33,435 nt of DNA from a virus (lineage: Duplodnaviria; Caudoviricetes): IMG/VR virus record IMGVR_UViG_3300020045_006699, positions 1 to 33,435 of that record, one strand, 5' to 3'. The notes below the pieces were generated by a model. That model was not told where the DNA came from. It searched no databases and saw only the letters and a list, made by a program, of their open reading frames with translations. Shown here in pieces: positions 9,274 to 18,687 of the stretch (positions are counted from its first letter, which is position 1; the number at the start of each line of letters is the position of its first letter). Position numbers and translations under genes: made by a program.

Positions 9274-9465
9274 ATGACAAAAGAAATCACTAGAACAGAC
9301 GACGGCGAAGGAAATTTTATCGTCCAAAGATTAAAAGACGGCGCACTGGAAACATTAAAAGAAACTGTAGTAAGTAGCGGCGAAGTCCAGGACGAACATA
9401 GCGAATTAACAACTACCGAAACAATAATTATAACCCGCCGAATAGGCGAAAAAACAAATTTTTAA
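9274..9465 (+). CDS. Hypothetical protein
   Basis: 63 aa ORF with A-rich leader and tight spacing. Confidence 0.6.
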   Translation: MTKEITRTDDGEGNFIVQRLKDGALETLKETVVSSGEVQDEHSELTTTETIIITRRIGEKTNF

Positions 9466-9466
9466 A

Positions 9467-11827
9467 ATGAAAAAAATATTTTTATTATTAGGATTATTTA
9501 CAGTGCTGTTTTCTACTGCGCAAAGTTTACCGATTACCACAATAAATAATTTAAAAATTACAAATCCAGTGCCAGGAACCGTACATGACAGCCTTTTGGT
9601 TTATCGTGGCACTAGTGACAAAGTAGTTAGGTTCTTACCTGTTTCAAACATTATGTATTCGTTACCTAGTCAAACTGGAAACGCAGGAAAATATCTAAAA
9701 ACTAACGGTACTTCTGAAAGTTGGGAAAATATTGATTTCCAAACACAAATAGAAAGATATTCTACCACAGGTTTTTTTGATTTGAACAGCACTGACGATT
9801 TTTTCGCAATTAGAATACATGAAACAGGCGGTAGGTATGGTTTTTTATCTGCCACAGGACTTGCATTTGTAAGTCCTACTTTTGGCGATTCTGGGCTTAC
9901 AAATTTAGGTATGTACATTAAAAAGACTGACGGGACAGGACTTTATGCTTTTAATAATTATTTTGGATTTACAGACTTTGATTCTTTGCAAAATTACCTA
10001 TACTTTGAAACGCCTACAGGCGTAGGTATTAAAACGATAAGGGATACCGCAGACGACAAAATAGTAGCATGGACAGATGAAATAGTAACGCCACAGGCAG
10101 GAACTAATATAACTATAGATTATACAGACCCTGTAAACCCTATAATAAATTCTTCACTGGGATATACTGCAGAAAATCAAGCGAATAAATCGAATAGTTA
10201 TACAGTTTCTTCTACGACGACTTATCCAAACACAAAAGCGTTAGTAGAAGGATTAGCTACAAAAGCACCAGTAGTAACGCCAAAAACAAATATTTTAATA
10301 TTGGCAGGTGGACAGTCAAATATAGGAACGGTTGACCCCGCTACTGGACGCGTTCCATACGCGGATATGCCTTCGTATTTGTCGGCAACACCAACAAACA
10401 TAAAATATATAAACACGTCTAACGCTTTGGCAACTTGGACACCAGATCCTGCTTTAGAATGGGGGTGGCTAAATCAAACGTTATACATTTTAAGCCAGGA
10501 ATACACAAACGTTATTTTTAGCAAACGTTCAACTGGTGGCACAAACTTACTATTAAAACATGGCGGAACTTATCCGCGCGACAATTTTAAAGTAAAAATG
10601 CTAGCGGGAATAGCAGCAGCCAATACAGAATGGGGTGCAGGAAATTATGACACTGTTATTCTGTGGGATTTAGGCGAAACTAACGGGAATAATTTAGCAG
10701 ATGCACAGTTATTCGAACAGGCGTCTAAAGAATGGTTTCAGGAAATAAGAAGCCAGGTTATAGATCTGCCTATTATTTTTAGAAAAATGGGTACGTTTCA
10801 AAATCAGGCTTTTGCCTATATAACATCTAACATACAGCCCGCGCAACAAAATCTAGCTGTTTATGATTTTAAAAATAAAATGGTAACAGGCAGAGCAGAT
10901 GCAAGGTGGGAACTAAAAGACCAAACAGGCGACGTTTCACATTTAAACAGTAGGGGTGCTATTTCATGTGGAACTAATTTTGCAGATAAAATTTTCGAAG
11001 TTTTAGGGCGAACAAAAACAAATACTACTGCGCCTACACTTGTTTCGATTACCTGTACAAATGCTTCGCCTTCTGTTATAACGCTGACTTATTCTAGCGC
11101 CTTAAATTCCGCTATAGTTCCATTTTGTAAAGATTTTGAAATAAAATTAGGCGGTAATTTAGACAGAAAAGTTACTAGCGTTTCTGTTAGCGGTTCGGCT
11201 GTAACATTAAATATTTCAGAGCCTATTTATGTGGGTGGAACTACTTATAATTTAAGCTATTACCCGTCGTTATGGACAGAAAGCGCACTACAAGACATTA
11301 ACGGAAATTTAGTAAAAGGGTTTACCGATAATTTAGTAACTTCTACTTCTTCGATAGGTATTCCGACTTACACAAATAGATATACTTCTAATTTTGCTAC
11401 GACTGATAGTTGGAACGGTATAAACGGCGGATCTGTAGCTGCGGTAGTGGGTCCTATAGGCGGGCAAAGTAATGTTTTGGAGTGTACCGCAAGCGACCAG
11501 GACCCACAACACTATAGAAATTCTGTTTTTACAGGAACCATAGGACATAAATATAGAATTAAGTTTTCAATTTATGTGCCTGCGGCATATTATGGAAATG
11601 GTTCCTTTGTAACTACATGGAATTTCGCTATAGGAGTTACTGAAATTGTCGGTAATTTTTATAATCAAGTAAGGGGAATTATTACAGCCGACACCTGGCA
11701 GGATATTGAATACACATACACAGCTACGACTGGTGGCGGCGCATTATATTTTGTTCCTGCGGGTACAAATATTCCTGTAGGCGGTAAATTTTACTTACGA
11801 AATGTAGTAGTAGATAAAATTAATTAG
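9467..11827 (+). CDS. Fibre-like multidomain protein: signal-peptide-like N-terminus, SGNH/SASA acetylesterase domain, SwmB-like repeat, CBM-like C-terminus
   Basis: MKKIFLLLGLFTVLFSTA/QS; LPSQTGNAGKYLKTNG..W; GQSN, LWDLGETN, DVSH esterase motifs; APTLVS..TLTYS..VSVSGSAVTL. Confidence 0.75.
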   Translation: MKKIFLLLGLFTVLFSTAQSLPITTINNLKITNPVPGTVHDSLLVYRGTSDKVVRFLPVSNIMYSLPSQTGNAGKYLKTNGTSESWENIDFQTQIERYSTTGFFDLNSTDDFFAIRIHETGGRYGFLSATGLAFVSPTFGDSGLTNLGMYIKKTDGTGLYAFNNYFGFTDFDSLQNYLYFETPTGVGIKTIRDTADDKIVAWTDEIVTPQAGTNITIDYTDPVNPIINSSLGYTAENQANKSNSYTVSSTTTYPNTKALVEGLATKAPVVTPKTNILILAGGQSNIGTVDPATGRVPYADMPSYLSATPTNIKYINTSNALATWTPDPALEWGWLNQTLYILSQEYTNVIFSKRSTGGTNLLLKHGGTYPRDNFKVKMLAGIAAANTEWGAGNYDTVILWDLGETNGNNLADAQLFEQASKEWFQEIRSQVIDLPIIFRKMGTFQNQAFAYITSNIQPAQQNLAVYDFKNKMVTGRADARWELKDQTGDVSHLNSRGAISCGTNFADKIFEVLGRTKTNTTAPTLVSITCTNASPSVITLTYSSALNSAIVPFCKDFEIKLGGNLDRKVTSVSVSGSAVTLNISEPIYVGGTTYNLSYYPSLWTESALQDINGNLVKGFTDNLVTSTSSIGIPTYTNRYTSNFATTDSWNGINGGSVAAVVGPIGGQSNVLECTASDQDPQHYRNSVFTGTIGHKYRIKFSIYVPAAYYGNGSFVTTWNFAIGVTEIVGNFYNQVRGIITADTWQDIEYTYTATTGGGALYFVPAGTNIPVGGKFYLRNVVVDKIN

Positions 11828-11884
11828 AATTGTAAATTTACATATATTTGTAACTAATATTAACTAACATTAAAAATTATTATT

Positions 11885-12283
11885 ATGCAAACACTATTTT
11901 TTATCGTTGTCGCCTTATGCCTTATAGGGCTTTTTGTTAAAAGTTATTACGAAACAGACGCTATGCAGGAAGCTAGTCCTGTAGAACTTACTCTTTCGGA
12001 ATGGCTGCAGCATACCTGGTTAGAAATTGTTTTAGACTTTGTTTGTTTCACTGCTTTGTGTTTCGGAATAGATATAGGACTAGCGCAGAAGGGAATAGAA
12101 GTGGCTGTAGAAGGCGTTAACCAGGCTGCGTTTATTGCTATGATCGGTGCTGCTTACGCTACCGCTAATGCAATTAGAAACCTGGTACAAATTAGCCTGC
12201 TGCCGTTTTTTAGCAAAATTCTAAAAGCCAGGACTGCTAAAAAATTGCTTCGCGATAAAATGATACTGGCGAAAAAAGCATAA
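11885..12283 (+). CDS. Membrane protein, holin candidate
   Basis: About three hydrophobic segments and a highly basic C-terminus; TATATTTG element upstream. Confidence 0.55.
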   Translation: MQTLFFIVVALCLIGLFVKSYYETDAMQEASPVELTLSEWLQHTWLEIVLDFVCFTALCFGIDIGLAQKGIEVAVEGVNQAAFIAMIGAAYATANAIRNLVQISLLPFFSKILKARTAKKLLRDKMILAKKA

Positions 12284-12290
12284 CTTTATA

Positions 12291-12320
12291 AAACCGCTTC
12301 TAACGGGGCGGTTTATTTAA
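12291..12320 (+). terminator. Terminator-like hairpin
   Basis: AAACCGCTTC-TAACG-GGGCGGTTT followed by ATTT. Confidence 0.55.
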
Positions 12321-12345
12321 ACCCTTAAATCTACATTTATACGCC

Positions 12346-12654
12346 ATGCACAAATGGAAAATTACGCAGATTTTTATAAATTTACCACCACAAAAACAAG
12401 TAGTAGCAGGGTTATTATTTACTGTGCTTTGTTTGTGTTCTGTAGTTGTTTGGTATGAGTGTGTTAAAATTCCAAAAATTGAAAAAGAAAATAGAGCAGA
12501 TATAAAAATACTGAACGAATCTGTAAAAGCAGAACGTCAGGAAAATATTTATTTACAAAATCGATACCTAGATTTTATGGAACGCGAAATAAACACCAGA
12601 TTCGAGTTTAAAAACCAGATAGATAGTTTAAAAACTAAAACGGTCAAAAAATGA
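12346..12654 (+). CDS. Single-TM coiled-coil protein (lysis accessory candidate)
   Basis: One transmembrane segment then a charged helical region. Confidence 0.55.
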   Translation: MHKWKITQIFINLPPQKQVVAGLLFTVLCLCSVVVWYECVKIPKIEKENRADIKILNESVKAERQENIYLQNRYLDFMEREINTRFEFKNQIDSLKTKTVKK

Positions 12655-12857
12655 AAAAATTAATTTTATTATTAGTATGTGTAGTTTGTTTCTCGTTTCT
12701 GGGAATGGACACCATGCGGGAAAACGCATACACGCAGCCAGTAAAAATACGAAAACAAGCTATCCGACCTACAATGGTTCAGTTAATCCAGTTGAAGGAA
12801 TCGGAACTGAAGCGCGCGAATTCGGTATTAAAACAGGAAATAGCCACCTTTGAATAA
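12651..12857 (+). CDS. Small exported protein
   Basis: MKKLILLLVCVVCFSF signal-like N-terminus; ATGA overlap with previous gene. Confidence 0.55.
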   Translation: MKKLILLLVCVVCFSFLGMDTMRENAYTQPVKIRKQAIRPTMVQLIQLKESELKRANSVLKQEIATFE

Positions 12858-12863
12858 AACACT

Positions 12864-14024
12864 ATGCTAAATTTACCGTTACCAGTTTTTATAGCCCGCG
12901 ACCCTGCCGTTATTATAGCGGAAACCATAGCGGACTATGAAGCCAGAACTGGGCGTGTTCTGGAACCTGCGCAAGTGGAAACGCTGCAGCTACAAACTTT
13001 CGCCTATCGGGAACTACTTCTTCGAAACCAGGTCCAGGACGCAGCTATGCAGAACCTACTGGAATTCGCCAGGTTTCCTATGATTGACTATTTAGGCGAC
13101 TTTCTGGGCGTGCAGCGTTTGCCGTCACAGTCTGCCAGAACTACTATAGAATTTGCATTAACACCAGGACACGGCGACGTAGTTATTCCTTCAGGATTGA
13201 GGGTCCAAACTTCAGACGGTCGCGCGGTGTTTGAAATTATACAGGACGTCGCAGTACTTACTGGAACCGACACAGCTACAGTAACAGCTATAGCACAGCA
13301 GCCAGGCGTTTTAGGAAACGATTACGCCCTGGGAACTATTTCTGTTATCCTGGACCCGCAGCCGTATTTAGCGACTGCAGAAAACACTTCTATTTCCGAA
13401 GGCGGTTCCGACGAAGAATCGGACGACCAACTACGCGAACGAATTCGCCTGGCGCCTAACCGTTTTTCTAACGCAGGACCATATAAGGCGTATGAATTTT
13501 ACGCGGCTTCGGCTTCGCCATTAATTATCGACGTTGCTATAGATAACAGACACTACCAGGACGGCGACGTTATTCCTGCAGGAAAATCTATAGGCGACGT
13601 TATTCCTGGCACTGTAGAAGTATTTCCATTAATCGCAGATTTGACGGAAACACCGACCGAAATTCTGGACGCAGTTTTGGCTGTTTTGAACGCAGACAGA
13701 ATTCGTCCTTTGAACGATACTGTTTTCGCTACTTCACCAACTGCAGTAGCTACTACTATAGTGGTAAATTTGACACTATACGAAACGGCTGTACAAACAG
13801 ACGTAGTTCCTGTAGTCCAGGCTAACCTGGAAGCGTTTCGCGACGGTAGACGTAAGTTATTAGGACAGGACATAGTAATAGACCAGATTAAATCTGTCTG
13901 CATGATACCTGGCGTATATGCGTGCGCCGTAGCTTCGCCTGCGTCTACCCTAGTTATACAGTCTACTGAATTTGCAAACATAACCGCTATAACTGTTAAC
14001 GTCGTAGGAACGAACGTAGGATAA
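12864..14024 (+). CDS. Baseplate J-like protein
   Basis: YE..TGR.L.PA..E, GV.RL, GGSDEESDDQLRERI..AP..FS.AGP..AY, RPLND.V. Confidence 0.93.
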   Translation: MLNLPLPVFIARDPAVIIAETIADYEARTGRVLEPAQVETLQLQTFAYRELLLRNQVQDAAMQNLLEFARFPMIDYLGDFLGVQRLPSQSARTTIEFALTPGHGDVVIPSGLRVQTSDGRAVFEIIQDVAVLTGTDTATVTAIAQQPGVLGNDYALGTISVILDPQPYLATAENTSISEGGSDEESDDQLRERIRLAPNRFSNAGPYKAYEFYAASASPLIIDVAIDNRHYQDGDVIPAGKSIGDVIPGTVEVFPLIADLTETPTEILDAVLAVLNADRIRPLNDTVFATSPTAVATTIVVNLTLYETAVQTDVVPVVQANLEAFRDGRRKLLGQDIVIDQIKSVCMIPGVYACAVASPASTLVIQSTEFANITAITVNVVGTNVG

Positions 14025-14704
14025 TGAGCCAGACAAACGAAAATATTTTACCAGATTCCATAGCAGGCGTTCCGCATTTGGCGGCATTCGATGCTGTGGC
14101 AAACGCCAGGCTAAACGCTATAGAAATCGAAAGCGCGTTAGTCTACGTTATAGACACCGTTTCGGCTTCGGCGCTGCCGTATTTAGCGCGCCAGTTCGAC
14201 ATAGACGGTTTTTCTGGTTATCGTTTGGCGACGACCGACGAACAGCGCAGGGCAGTAATAAAACAGGCGGTAGAATTAAAACGATATTCTGGCACTGTCT
14301 GGGCTATTAGACAGGCTATGTTATTAGTAGGTTATACAGACGCTATCCTACAGGAAGGCGTAGACACTGGCGACGTAGACACAGACTGGGCGCGTTTTAC
14401 TATTTTTTCAGAACTGGGCGACACTGTAGGGGTAGACGGCGTTTCGCAGTCTTACCTGGCAGCATTACTGCGCACGTACAAGCCGCAGCGTTCTATCCTG
14501 GAAGGGATCACATACGGAATAGCGATTTCCGATATTTTAGATTTTATAAACGACGATTTGTATATTACCTACGAATCACCTACTTTAGACGAAGATTTAG
14601 GCTATATAGCCAGGTTCCATAACGGCGAAATAACCAGGGACGGAACACAGCGTTATTTAGAATCACACGATACGTTAGTAATTAATATAGTAAATGTACC
14701 ATAA
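14024..14704 (+). CDS. Tail protein I-like (P2 gpI)
   Basis: ALPYLARQF..DG..R..IK.A..L.R..GT..AI; follows J. Confidence 0.85.
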   Translation: MSQTNENILPDSIAGVPHLAAFDAVANARLNAIEIESALVYVIDTVSASALPYLARQFDIDGFSGYRLATTDEQRRAVIKQAVELKRYSGTVWAIRQAMLLVGYTDAILQEGVDTGDVDTDWARFTIFSELGDTVGVDGVSQSYLAALLRTYKPQRSILEGITYGIAISDILDFINDDLYITYESPTLDEDLGYIARFHNGEITRDGTQRYLESHDTLVINIVNVP

Positions 14705-15243
14705 TGAAAAAAACGACAGCAAAAACAGGACCTAACGCGACTGGCAAAGCATTTTTAAAAATATTCGAAGCGTTAATAAAAAAAATGCCTTCAAAATCCG
14801 AAATCCTGGACAGGCTACAGCCTTTGAAGGGACGATTTGAACTGCAGATAATCGACGCCAACACTGGCGCTATTATCGAAAACTATGTAGATAAAAACCT
14901 GGTAGTTAATGGCGGTCGTACTGCTGTTATGATTTTATTAGGTTCTGCGAATTCAGACAAACAGCTAACGCAGTTGTCGGTAGGCACAAACGGAACTGCA
15001 CCTGCAGGAACAGACGTAGCTATTACTGGTGCGTTTACTAAAAACCTGGGAACAGTTACTTATCCTACTGCGAATTCTGTTCGTTTCGACTGGCAGCTAG
15101 GGGTGGGTGACGCTAACGGAATCGCTATAGCGGAATTCGGTTTATTATGCGCCGACGATACGCTTTTCGCGCGAAAGGTCCGCGAAGTAATAAACAAAAA
15201 TGCAGATATTATTCTAAACGGTAATTGGACAATTTCATTTTAA
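14704..15243 (+). CDS. Tail fibre-proximal/baseplate protein
   Basis: NLVVNGGR..VG....D..I.EFGL...LFAR..I.K..W.I.F; start may be the downstream ATG at 14785. Confidence 0.7.
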   Translation: MKKTTAKTGPNATGKAFLKIFEALIKKMPSKSEILDRLQPLKGRFELQIIDANTGAIIENYVDKNLVVNGGRTAVMILLGSANSDKQLTQLSVGTNGTAPAGTDVAITGAFTKNLGTVTYPTANSVRFDWQLGVGDANGIAIAEFGLLCADDTLFARKVREVINKNADIILNGNWTISF

Positions 15244-15255
15244 AAACATACTGTT

Positions 15256-15831
15256 ATGGCAAATCAACCAGAGAACCCAATTTGGGAAGTGGGTATTTAT
15301 CAATTTGAAACTACAGACCCAGTAGAAGGTGGCGTAGGCGGTATAGATAACCAACCGTTATTGCAGTTAGCGAACAGAACGCTATATTTAAAAAACTTAT
15401 TCGACGCTGTACTGCTTCCGATTACAAGTGGTAAAGGTTGGCTATTATTTGACGACATAGTTTCTAACATTCCGCCAGGTTGGGCAGAAGTTGTAGACAT
15501 GCGCGGACGTACGCCGTTCGGACAAAACATGGTCGACGGACTTTTCGCAGGCATAGGACAGCTAGGGGGTGCTAAAACAAAAACTATAGGTTCTTCTAAT
15601 TTACCTGCGCATAGTCACATATACAGCGACGATTCTCACGCGGAAGGAAAATTTCCAGAAATTTCTACAGGGTTTCCTGTGCAGTATGGATCTACAACTG
15701 TTTCGAATTCGTCTGCTGACGGAAGCGGCGCGGGAAAACTTTACAGAACTTCAGAAACTGGCGGTAACGTCGCTATGGACGTTCTGAATCCGTATAGAGT
15801 AGTTTTGTATATTTACTGGGTAGGAATCTAA
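15256..15831 (+). CDS. Short tail fibre / collar-like protein
   Basis: W..GIYQ.ET.DPV.GG..GIDN...QLANRT.YLK N-terminus; PPGW, GG.K, NLPAHSH, PY.V..YI C-terminus. Confidence 0.8.
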   Translation: MANQPENPIWEVGIYQFETTDPVEGGVGGIDNQPLLQLANRTLYLKNLFDAVLLPITSGKGWLLFDDIVSNIPPGWAEVVDMRGRTPFGQNMVDGLFAGIGQLGGAKTKTIGSSNLPAHSHIYSDDSHAEGKFPEISTGFPVQYGSTTVSNSSADGSGAGKLYRTSETGGNVAMDVLNPYRVVLYIYWVGI

Positions 15832-15842
15832 AAAATAGCATT

Positions 15843-16346
15843 ATGACACCACAGGAAGAATTCGTTAAAATATGTTTGCCGCACGCGAAAGCTATTCAGT
15901 TAAAACGCGGGTTCCATTATCTTATACCACTAACCCAGGGCGCGCACGAATCGGGGTGGAAAATACCTGCAGGCTATAATCTGTTCGGTATTAAAGACAC
16001 GGACGGCGTTAACGGTAACGAACAGTTAATTACGACCACGGAATATTCGAAGTCGCCGAACTTGAAATTTCCAGTTATAATCCACAAAGTTTTTAGCGAT
16101 AAATTCAAAAAATGGAAGTACAAAATTAAAGACTGGTTTCGCAAGTATTCCACAATCGAAGATGCGTTTAATAATCACTGCGATTTTTTCGAAAAAAATC
16201 CGCGCTATGCAAAAGCGCTGCAATATAAAATGGATCCGCCGCGTTTCTTCGAAGAAATAGCCAAAGCAGGCTACGCCACAGACCCAAATTATTCTACGCT
16301 GTTAAAGCAGGTTATGAACAGCGTTATAAAACGTTTGCCGAAATAA
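15843..16346 (+). CDS. Endolysin, GH73 glucosaminidase (FlgJ-like)
   Basis: HESGW, NLFGIK, FRKY, N.RY, GYATDP.Y motifs. Confidence 0.92.
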   Translation: MTPQEEFVKICLPHAKAIQLKRGFHYLIPLTQGAHESGWKIPAGYNLFGIKDTDGVNGNEQLITTTEYSKSPNLKFPVIIHKVFSDKFKKWKYKIKDWFRKYSTIEDAFNNHCDFFEKNPRYAKALQYKMDPPRFFEEIAKAGYATDPNYSTLLKQVMNSVIKRLPK

Positions 16347-16387
16347 ATAATAACAGACCGATTCCGCTAGTCGAATAGAATCGAATT

Positions 16388-16418
16388 AAAACCGTCAATA
16401 ATTAGGCGGTTTTTTTAT
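16388..16418 (+). terminator. Terminator after endolysin
   Basis: AAAACCGTC..loop..GGCGGTTTT followed by a T run. Confidence 0.7.
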
Positions 16419-16467
16419 TTGGTGTTATTTTTTTATTTATATTTGGTTAACTTAAAAGTTAATAACC

Positions 16468-16801
16468 ATGAAAAAATTAGTACTATGCGCTGTTATATTC
16501 GGCGCGCTGACATTCGCAAACGCAATGCCGCAAAGTGAAGTAAAACTTCCTGTTAAAGAATTGTGCCAGATACACGCAGTATCTACTAACGCACCCTAAA
16601 GCTATCGAACTGGAAATAGTAGGACTAGGTTTCGAAATTCCAGAAACTGCTTCGATAACCTGCAATTATGGAACGCCTGAATTTAGGGTTCATGTAGAAA
16701 CAGAACAGAAAGTAAAACATTTGCCGACGAACAGACTTAAAATCTGTTACAGCGAAAAATCAAAAAAACCCGCCTATAATAAGCGGGTTTTTTCTTTGTA
16801 A
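16468..16801 (+). pseudogene. Exported small protein split by +1 frame change at CCC-TAA (programmed frameshift, pseudogene or sequence error)
   Basis: ATG 16468, MKKLVLCAVIFGALTFANA signal peptide; CCC TAA at 16594-16599; +1 frame open 68 codons to TAA 16799-16801; TATATTTG promoter element near 16439. Confidence 0.6.
16762..16793. terminator. Bidirectional terminator between convergent units
   Basis: AAAAAAACCCGC-CTATAATAA-GCGGGTTTTTT. Confidence 0.8.
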
Positions 16802-16823
16802 AAAAGTTTTCGAGGACTTTCTT

Positions 16824-17060
16824 TTATTCTTCGTCTACTGGTGTAAAGTCTAAATAATATTCTTTACCTTCTTCGAAAGCGTTTGCGGCTTCCGTTTCGT
16901 AGCTTATACACAAATTAGCACTTCCGCCAGGTGTATATTTAGCGAACGATTTGTTTTCTTCACTACCAGTAGTTACTGGATAAAAAGAAACGTTTTTTTG
17001 TTCCTGGTCTGGATAATCTGTAATTTTATCGCAGACAAATTTTGCACGTACTTTTGACAT
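16824..17060 (-). CDS. Small hypothetical phage protein
   Basis: VRAKF.C..EENKSF..YTP.G..G.EYY.DF; own TATATTTG element at 17093-17086. Confidence 0.8.
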   Translation of the reverse strand: MSKVRAKFVCDKITDYPDQEQKNVSFYPVTTGSEENKSFAKYTPGGSANLCISYETEAANAFEEGKEYYLDFTPVDEE

Positions 17061-17093
17061 AATTAATAGTTTTTAAATTAGACTACAAATATA

Positions 17094-17120
17094 AAGAAAA
17101 AGACAGTCCGAAGACTGTCC
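17094..17120 (-). terminator. Terminator with cUUCGg tetraloop
   Basis: Minus strand GGACAGTC-TTCG-GACTGTCT-TTTTCTTT. Confidence 0.8.
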
Positions 17121-17196
17121 CTAACTACTATAATTCCAAAACCAACCGCGTAAATATAACAAAAATTTTAATTAGTTGGTGGTTTTGTGAAATTAT

Positions 17197-17442
17197 TTAC
17201 AACCAATCAAAATACGAACGTCCTTCGGCTGCGTCGTCTTTGTGCGGAACTTTCGTAACGTCTACGACACCGTGCCCACCAAATACTGCAATATCTACAG
17301 TCTGCGGTTTTCCGTCTTCCGAATCGTTTACGTCGGTTATTTTCCCTGCGAATTCCTTCTTCCCGTCTTTAGCAGTTGGGAACTTTCTTTTTTTAGTACT
17401 TTCGTTCGGAAAATACTGTACTGAAACGCCTGTTTTTTTCAT
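17197..17442 (-). CDS. Hypothetical protein
   Basis: 81 aa ORF with A-rich leader, last gene of the leftward operon. Confidence 0.75.
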   Translation of the reverse strand: MKKTGVSVQYFPNESTKKRKFPTAKDGKKEFAGKITDVNDSEDGKPQTVDIAVFGGHGVVDVTKVPHKDDAAEGRSYFDWL

Positions 17443-17470
17443 AATATAATTAATTTAAAGTTACAAATTT

Positions 17471-18250
17471 TTAAAAGTCGTCGTCTTCGTCGATTTCTAC
17501 AGCGACTTCTGCAGCAGGTGTAAAATTCGGGTCTGCTTCCTGGCTAACGGCTTCGTGTGTTACTTCTAGTTCAGATTCTGGACCCGTAGCTGTTAGTTCG
17601 TTTTCGTCTTTGATTTCTTCGAATTCTACCTGGTCCGCAGAATCGTTTGTAGGTTTCAGATTATCGTTAAAAGTTTCGATAGCCGAAGACTTAATTACTT
17701 CTACAGCGCCTATGTCTATTATTTCGTCTGCAGTCTGAATTCCTGCTAGAACTTCTGGACAGTGAACCCTGCAAAAGAATGTCGCCGAACGGTACATTAA
17801 CATTTGTTCGGGCATAGTTACCCATTTGGAACCAGTTTTACCTAACCACCCTTCCGCCTTTGCCATTTCCATATTAACAGGCGTTCCGCGAACTTCCTTC
17901 CCGTTCTGTCTAGTGGCTACAGCGTAACACGATGTTCTGTCTTCTGAAAAAACAAATTCTAAAGGTTCTTTAAAGATTCCAGATCTATTAATACACATAA
18001 TTGTATATTCAGATTTCCAACCTGCAGACCCTTTAACAATTTGCATGTTCTGCATTACTTCCAGGACAGACTTACCTATTCTGTGTGCCATTTCCATAGC
18101 GACCATGCAGTTAGAAGGGTTTCCTCTGTACGCGTCTGGAACCATGGTAGATTCCATTAACGGCTTAATCATTTTCTGGGCTTGCGTGAAGTTTTCAATA
18201 CTTCCGAAAACTGAAACGCCCTGCGGTTCGTCTATTTTTTGTAGTTCCAT
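17471..18250 (-). CDS. RecT/Redbeta-like single-strand annealing protein
   Basis: VP..YRG.P.NC.VA.E.A, MQN...VKG, AKAEGW..K.GSKW..MPEQML.YRSA.FF.R..PE; acidic tail. Confidence 0.8.
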   Translation of the reverse strand: MELQKIDEPQGVSVFGSIENFTQAQKMIKPLMESTMVPDAYRGNPSNCMVAMEMAHRIGKSVLEVMQNMQIVKGSAGWKSEYTIMCINRSGIFKEPLEFVFSEDRTSCYAVATRQNGKEVRGTPVNMEMAKAEGWLGKTGSKWVTMPEQMLMYRSATFFCRVHCPEVLAGIQTADEIIDIGAVEVIKSSAIETFNDNLKPTNDSADQVEFEEIKDENELTATGPESELEVTHEAVSQEADPNFTPAAEVAVEIDEDDDF

Positions 18251-18253
18251 ATT

Positions 18254-18658
18254 TTAAAATATTTCGTCGTCGTTAAAAAATTCTTCCTGTGTCGACGCGG
18301 CAGGTGCTGCAGGTTGCGCAGGCGCTGCAGGTTGTTGTGGCTGTGCCGCCGCAGGTGTAACTGCTGCCCCTGCAATTTTAGAAACGCGCCACCCTTGTAT
18401 GTCGTTAAAATATTTCGTCTCGCCTTGCGGGTTTACCCATTCGCGCCCGCGAAGGTTAATCGATACGCTGACTTTTTCACCTACAGCTACCTGATCCAGT
18501 TCGTTATCACATTTACCCTGCACGAAGTTAATTAAAATGTGTTGCGGATATTGTTCTTCCGTAGAAACTACCAGTTCGCGTTTAGTAAACGAAGGCGAAA
18601 CTGCAGTTCCTTCTGCGTCTACTTTTTTTACAAATCCTATTACGTTGATTTCTGACAT
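18254..18658 (-). CDS. DUF3127 family (Bacteroidota OB-fold, SSB-like)
   Basis: F.KRELV..T.EQYPQ.I..F.Q.KC, NLRGREW.NPQGE.KYFN.IQGWR; Pro/Ala/Gln linker and acidic tail. Confidence 0.88.
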   Translation of the reverse strand: MSEINVIGFVKKVDAEGTAVSPSFTKRELVVSTEEQYPQHILINFVQGKCDNELDQVAVGEKVSVSINLRGREWVNPQGETKYFNDIQGWRVSKIAGAAVTPAAAQPQQPAAPAQPAAPAASTQEEFFNDDEIF

Positions 18659-18687
18659 AATTTTGTGCGTTAGCGCGCCCGCGTTAG

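Noticed and set aside
1114-16346. Tailocin / extracellular contractile injection system
   Set aside because: The tail module is linked to phage recombination and replication operons; missing head genes are most simply outside the window
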